This document shows, one piece after another, positions 57,049 to 64,000 of a DNA stretch of 64,000 bases. The DNA lies in contig OZ024742.1 in the NCBI GenBank assembly GCA_964016885.1, positions 190,774,001 to 190,838,000 on the forward strand, written 5' to 3'. How positions within the stretch are numbered: the first letter of the stretch is position 1; each line of letters begins with the position of its first letter. Made by a program: the position numbers and the translations under genes. The notes under the pieces were generated by a model. The model was not told the origin of the DNA and ran no database searches. It worked only from the letters and a program-made list of their open reading frames with translations. The DNA comes from Eledone cirrhosa. Lineage: Eukaryota.

Positions 57049-57669
57049 ATATATTTATTGATAATAACAACAATTCAAAATTTCAGGTCCGTTTGGGAAC
57101 AAAATTGACCAATGAAAATACAAAAGGTTTTATGCAGTTTGGCGTGTGTATATACATGTAACTACCCCGTACACATATTTATACAAAGATGTATGCTCAA
57201 CATGCATACGCATGCCAAAAAGATGCATGCAAATACAAAATTTCAAGGTTAATGTCTCTGTAAGTTTATAATGCACAGATAAGATGCGTATAGACACATA
57301 AATATGAAATAAGTGTATACACATATTCTCATACTCACACATATCCGTACACTCACACACACGCGCGCGTATATGCATAAACATACACATAATTACGAAC
57401 ATACATACACACACACACCCCCACACACATATATATATGTGGATATAATATTATCATAAGCACATGGATATTAATTCACTCACATAAACACTGCCACACA
57501 CATTTAGATCAAGATACAGAAATTAGGTGGGAGGGGGGGAGAGGTCAGTATTCAACGGTTTGGGCAGACTGCTTATTTATAGATGTATCTATAAACTAAG
57601 AAATAAAAAATAAAAATTAAAAAGGAAAGAAAAGAAAAAGAAAAAAGAAAAAAGAAATATATCAAGAAA

Positions 57670-57714
<45 letters not shown>

Positions 57715-57808
57715 CATATACACACATCTACACTTAGAACACACATACACACACATATATAAAGATATACATATACACACATACACACATATACACACAT
57801 ACATATAA

Positions 57809-57841
<33 letters not shown>

Positions 57842-58379
57842 TACACATATAATCACACATACATATATAGACACACATATATATACACATACACGCACAT
57901 ATACATACACATACATACTTATATACATACAGATATACACATACATACCTATATATACACACAAATACATACAGACATACATACATACATACACACAAAT
58001 ACTTACGCATCTATATATCGGTATATACATACAAACACCACTACACTCTCACACAACTCAGACATACAAAGAAAAAGGTATATACCTATACACATATACA
58101 CATACAAATAGAGATACATATACATATATATATATATATACACATATATATATATATATATATACATACACATATACACACATATATATACATACACATA
58201 CATACATGTACTCACACATACATATACATACATACACACATACACACATACATATATAGTCATACACACACATACACCTACACGAACATACACATACACA
58301 TATATAAAGATATATATACACACACACACATACACACACACATATATATAAAATAAAGATATATATATATATATATATA

Positions 58380-58578
58380 TAGGAACCAGTAAGACCCCGA
58401 CAGCTGAGCTCAAGCCGTTTCGACGGCTAATTCTGGACGCTAGTCCAGAAGTAGCCGTCGAAACGGCTTGAGCTCAGCTGTCGGGGTCTTACTGGTTCCT
58501 ATTACCCACTCTACTACCTCAAGTATTGAGTACTTTGGTGCGTTATGGTCCACCTGGTTCCTTACCACATTTCCTTCG

Positions 58579-58581
<3 letters not shown>
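58380..58581. mobile_element. Solo PLE 3' end with fold-back hairpin, in (TA)n
   Basis: Mirror architecture of 18601-18790. Confidence 0.85.
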
Positions 58582-58619
<38 letters not shown>

Positions 58620-59238
58620 CACATATACATAGACATATATGTACATACATACACATACATACATACATATACACACATATATATATATATATACACACAT
58701 AGACACATACATACATACACACACAACATACATACACACACATATATACTCATACATAGACATAGATATATATTCATACATACATACGCACTTACATATA
58801 CTCATATATACAAATACATACGCATCCATATATGCGTATATACATAAAAACACCACTACACTCTCACACAACTCAGACATACAAAGAAAAAGGTATATAC
58901 ATATACATATATACACACAATAATAGAGATACATATACACATATATATATATATATATACACATACATCTATATATATACACCCACACACACATACAACC
59001 ATAAACACACATACAAACACACACATACACACATATATACATACATATATATACACACACACAAAAAAAACACACATACACATATATATTTTTTTACACA
59101 TATATATACATATATATACATATACACACCCTCACATATACACACATACACATAAGTTATATTATAATAATAAATAATATATATATATATATATATATAC
59201 ACATACGAATATAGACATATATACACACATAGATATAC

Positions 59239-59274
<36 letters not shown>

Positions 59275-60279
59275 TCACATATATATGTGCGCACACGTAC
59301 ATATATACACATACACACATATACACATAAACATATACATGTGCATACATGTACATACACACATATAGCCACATAGATACGAAGATAGACATATATATAG
59401 AGAGACATACATATATATACACATATATATATACACATACATACACACATATATATATATATATATACACACACACATACACGCCCACACACATATACAC
59501 ATATACACATATATATATATATATATATACATATACACATATATATACACATGCATATATACACATATATATATATACATACACACATATATATACACAC
59601 AATCTTACATTCTTATTTGCATGCGCATATATGTATTTTTATATTCAGATATAAATACCCAAACATATATACACCTACCTACATATATATTCATACATAC
59701 ACGCTTACAAAACACAGATGATAATAGTATGGGGGAAAGGGGTTGGGGTTGGAGAAGGGGATTATAGTAAATATATGTTTCAAGAAACATAGAATATTAT
59801 CTGTATCTGGATCCCAATATATGTTTTTACATAGTTTCAGTGTTAGGAAATACAAGAAATAAGGCAAAATTATGCATTTCAAAATAAGTATACCATTAAT
59901 TATATGTTAACTAAACTAAAGATAGTTAACATATTGATTTCTAAGGTGTAAATTAGTTAGGTTTATAATATTTGAAGCAGAATTTTGAAGTTAAATAGTA
60001 GTAGAGTATTAATTATAGTATAACTAAATTAAAGTTATTAACGTTATGGTATCAATATTAGGAAATGAATTTAGTAATAGGGAAAAACCAAATAAAGTAT
60101 TACATCGGTAGTAGAATATAAATTATAGGTTAATTAAATTAAAAATTATATATTAATTTCTATAGTATATGTTAATTAGGTATATAATAAATAAAACAGA
60201 TATTGTATTTTATCAATAGCAGAATATAATTATATGCAAATAGAAATCAAAATTAATACATATACATATACATATACAT

Positions 60280-60335
<56 letters not shown>

Positions 60336-60835
60336 TCATATACACACATACATACACATACATATACATACATACATATACATATTTTTTCAAAAATTGC
60401 AAAGAATATATTAACTAGGTATACATCCAAAACACATCCCATTCTATGATTACATGACACTCTGCAATCCGTCTGTATAAGGATACTAATTTTAAGCCAA
60501 AAAAATTTTTAGGTTGACTAAATTTAAAACCAAATTATAAATATATTTCTAAAATGTATATTAATTAGGTCTATAATACTAAAAATTATTTCTCTGTCAT
60601 TGGATACACGATATTTTGTTATATTTTATCTGTAAAGGAATTTTAATAAAAGGTTTAAATAAATTAAAATTAATCTATAAATTAAATTACTAAGTATATA
60701 TTAGTAATATTTAAAGGTTTTTCACAATTTATGATTACACAATATTTTATATTCTCATCTGTAGTAGAATTTTAATTAAATTAAATTTATAGGTTAACTA
60801 ACATTTAAATTAAATTAATTTTTAAAATAATGTTA

Positions 60836-62206
60836 TTAATTAGGTTTATAATATTTAAATGTTTTTTTTAGTTTATGATTACACGATATAATTAATTCCT
60901 GTCGTTTATTTAATAGGATATCCTTAGATTTCATTATTTCAAATAGTTCTTGGGAACATAATCTACATTCATTTCTATTATTTTGATAAGGGGTGGCTCT
61001 TTTGAGCACACTCCAGGTCAAATCATATTCTATATTCTTATTTTTATAACTATTGATTTTTTTCTGCTAGAGATGTTGTATTAGCCAGTGCGGCATTTTA
61101 AAACTATGCTTGTGGGTATTAAACCTTGTCTTAAAATTGTTAGAGGTAGCTCCTATATATGAGCAAATAGAATCTTTAGTTTTAACATTACATTTATAGA
61201 CTATGTTGTTAACAAGACAATTCCCTTTTAATGGGCAGTTTGCTTTGTTTCTACAGTTACAACCTTTCGTTAATTCTGTATTTGAGGAGATATTATGGTT
61301 AATTTGATGTACTGGTGGTATACTTATGGTTTTCTTACATTTATATGCATTATAGGCACTTATATTTTGTTTTATGTTATTTGTTGTTGAGTATGAGAAT
61401 TTAACTGTAGACCTATTTAAGATTTGATGGTATTCGTGGTTTGGCGGGAAGTTTTTCTCTAGGATATAAAAAAATTTTTTAGCAATATTATCCTTAATTT
61501 GTAAATTAAATGGAGCATTATACCAAGTAACCCGTCTATTACGGTTTCTATGTTGTTTATTATTTTTATTATTTTTATAGGTTGTATCGTGATGTTTACT
61601 AGGAGGATTAATGTTAATGATCTCACCACAACCATTTTTAGTTATATTTGTAGATTTAGGTGTTTTATCTTTTTTATTAGGAGTTTTATTATTAATATTT
61701 ATTAGAGTTGTATGATGAGTAGTTTTTTGAGAGTTACTATATTTTATATTAGAAGATTTGGTATTTTGGGGTATAGTGTGGGTGGCATTTAGGTGTGTAC
61801 TTTTCATTTGGTGTTTGTTGGTAATATTAGGTTGTATGCTTTTAGTATTTTTAGTAGAAGGTATATATTCTAATCTATTTTTGTGGCCACTTCTATCTAG
61901 AGCTTCGTTATAGAAGGTCGCATTTTTATCAAATACATCTTGGTTAGAAGAAAGGTTAGAAATTCTAAGTGATATATTATATGCAAGGTTTTTAAGGATA
62001 GATTTAGGGTGATTAGATTGTGAGTGTATGTAATGTAAGTTTTGGTTTGGTTTATGGTAAGGTTGGTAGATACCCGTAGCTAAATCTAAAGTTATATCTA
62101 GGAAATTTACTACTTTACTTGTTTTCTCAAAAGTAATATGAAGATTATAATAGTCTTTAAGGAAAGTTCTAATATGTTCTTCATACGGATTGGACACTAC
62201 CGTCAA
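60836..62206 (-). pseudogene. 5'-truncated PLE ORF (thumb + GIY-YIG), one frameshift
   Basis: VNFLDITLDL, SNHP, CNCR...CPL.GNCL, YIGAT...FKTRF..H, CRLC; related to 39573-41474. Confidence 0.9.
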
Positions 62207-62223
62207 CTCTTGGTAGATTTATC

Positions 62224-62312
<89 letters not shown>

Positions 62313-62505
62313 TATATAGTATTAAGGATACTATTTATGGTTATGTATATACTATAACTTTTTATAGTTATGTATATTTTAAACCCTAAACAGTGAAGGT
62401 CAGTAATTTATTACTACCTTATTACCAGTAATAGCTTTGATTCTTGTGAATTCTTTATATATATGTATATATTTATATATAATATTATATCAAAGTTTAA
62501 TGGGC

Positions 62506-62630
62506 TTCCACTGAAGATTTATAAGTGCCCACCTAAATATATTCTTACATGAAAATATGTTAGGCTTCTACATAAACTGGAAACATTCTCCCAACTTGTA
62601 GAAAACTTATAATGAAACAATTGTTTGGAA
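62506..62630 (+). ncRNA. Type I hammerhead with 96-nt branched stem II
   Basis: ttcca-CTGAAGA-t ttataagt...acttataa t-GAAAC aatt GTT-tggaa. Confidence 0.8.
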
Positions 62631-62674
62631 AGAGAGATATATTTTAACTTTAATTATGTCTCATATAAAATAAT

Positions 62675-62858
62675 TGTTTCTACTTTAGGCACAAGGCCAG
62701 CAACTACCCAGTGCCTCACTGGTACTTTATTTTATCGACCCCGTAAGGATGAAAGGCAAAGTCAACCTCGGCGGGATTTGAACTCAGATCGTAAAGGGAC
62801 GTAACTATGCTAGAAAGCATGGCGTCCGACCCTCTACCGATACTACCAATCCACCGCC
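62675..62858 (-). mobile_element. Full-length tRNA-derived SINE (Meta-domain-like)
   Basis: 15-bp TSD ctcatataaaataat; the empty site is seen in the second repeat at ~63702-63720. Confidence 0.9.
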
Positions 62859-63547
62859 CTCATATAAAATAATACAACTGGCATTCCACAAAATACATAT
62901 AGGTACCTTATAAACTTGACTTTCCGTATTTATTGCTGTTGCGAGATATTTTTTTTTTTTTTGGTATAACTTCTCTGTTTTTAGCCTAAGAAAATATCTA
63001 TATGCGTATGTAAATAATTACATGCATACATTTATTTTTTTAAATTAATTGAGTTCTTAACACGCAAAATTAATATTGGTTTTGAAATAACTAATTAACT
63101 CGCGTGTATTAAATATTTTACTCTTAATTTGGCCAGAGATTTACATTCCCAAACGCCTTTAAAGCGAAACTTTCCGTATTTATTGCAGTTGTGAAGTGTG
63201 GTTGGTTTTTAGGTATTCACTTCTCTGTTTTTAGCCTAAGAAAATATCTATATGCGTGTGTAATTAATACACGCATACATTTATTTTTTTAAAATTAATT
63301 GAGTTCTTAACACGTTGGATTGATAATGTTTTTGAAAAAACTAATTAACCCAAGTGTATATTATTTTATTTTTCTCGGGACTAATGGTTATCTCCCTTTT
63401 CCGCTTCGTGACGCTATGATACTTCCTCAGTCAAAAGACTGCTGGAATTTCAAATTTGGCGGTCATTCGATGCGTGAAGGGACAACTTAACAGACACGAA
63501 AATTAACTGCGGTAAGAAATTTTTTCTTATATCAAAGTTTAATGGGC

Positions 63548-63672
63548 TTCCACTGAAGATTTATAAGTACCCACCTAAATATATTCTTACATGAAAATAT
63601 AAATATTTTCTACATAAACTGGAAACATTCTCCCAACTTGTAGAAAACTTATAATGAAACAATTGTTTGGAA
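63548..63672 (+). ncRNA. Type I hammerhead with 96-nt stem II (second copy)
   Basis: Core and stems I, II-base and III identical to 62506. Confidence 0.8.
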
Positions 63673-63865
63673 AGAGAGATATATTTAAACTTTAATTATG
63701 TCTCATATAAAATAATACAACGGGCTTTCCACAAAACACATATAGTTAGCACCCCAAACACTTAAATTGGGTTTATACTAACGTATAACCTAATGTTTGT
63801 TGAGTTAGATGGTTACCAGTCGGAGTTTAGCTTAAAGCTATCTCTGTTATTAAATATATATATAT

Positions 63866-64000
63866 GAAGGCGTGTGGCTGAGTGGTTAGGGAATTGGATT
63901 CGCAATCGTAAGGTTGTGAGTTCGATTCCTGGACCAGGTGATGCGTTATGTCCTTGAGCAAGACACTTTATTTCACATTGCTCCTTCTACCTGGAGTTGC
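63866..64000 (+). mobile_element. tRNA-derived CORE-like SINE, cut by the window edge
   Basis: Near-identical to 3995-4130. Confidence 0.85.

Larger units (their letters stand above)
62486..63745 (+). mobile_element. Non-coding element bounded by two ~200-bp HHR-bearing direct repeats (retrozyme / non-autonomous PLE)
   Basis: 62486-62674 repeats at 63528-63716; internal ~250-bp-period duplication at 62918-63360. Confidence 0.8.

Noticed and set aside
63866-64000. 60-kb segmental duplication implied by identity with 3995-4130
   Set aside because: Upstream flanks differ; two copies of one SINE family explain it.

Overview
AT-rich, microsatellite-dense animal DNA. The SINE repertoire and the (TA)n/(CA)n density suggest an octopus-like cephalopod; this is inferred, not checked. 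The window is almost entirely transposable elements. It holds five Penelope-like retroelements (PLEs, RT and/or C-terminal GIY-YIG), Tx1/L1, RTE and R4/Dong-type LINE relics, a Chapaev-type DNA transposon with TIRs and a TTA TSD, a hAT-like insertion, Helitron/Helentron-type non-autonomous elements and several SINE families. There is also a 4-kb (ACC/GGT)n Thr-type satellite and two candidate host exons. Most ORF-track entries are microsatellite artefacts. The main signal is about 20 hand-folded type I hammerhead ribozyme (HHR) motifs from roughly a dozen unrelated families, located at PLE ends and in short non-coding tandem or inverted repeats embedded in (TA)n. They include (i) HHRs with giant branched stem II inserts of 56-116 nt, (ii) U3-A8 and CUGAGUA core variants, (iii) two retrozyme-like families with ~440-nt monomers and octamer motifs upstream of the ribozyme, and (iv) a recurrent palindromic architecture with both 3' ends facing outward. 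All folds were made by eye and none is tested.
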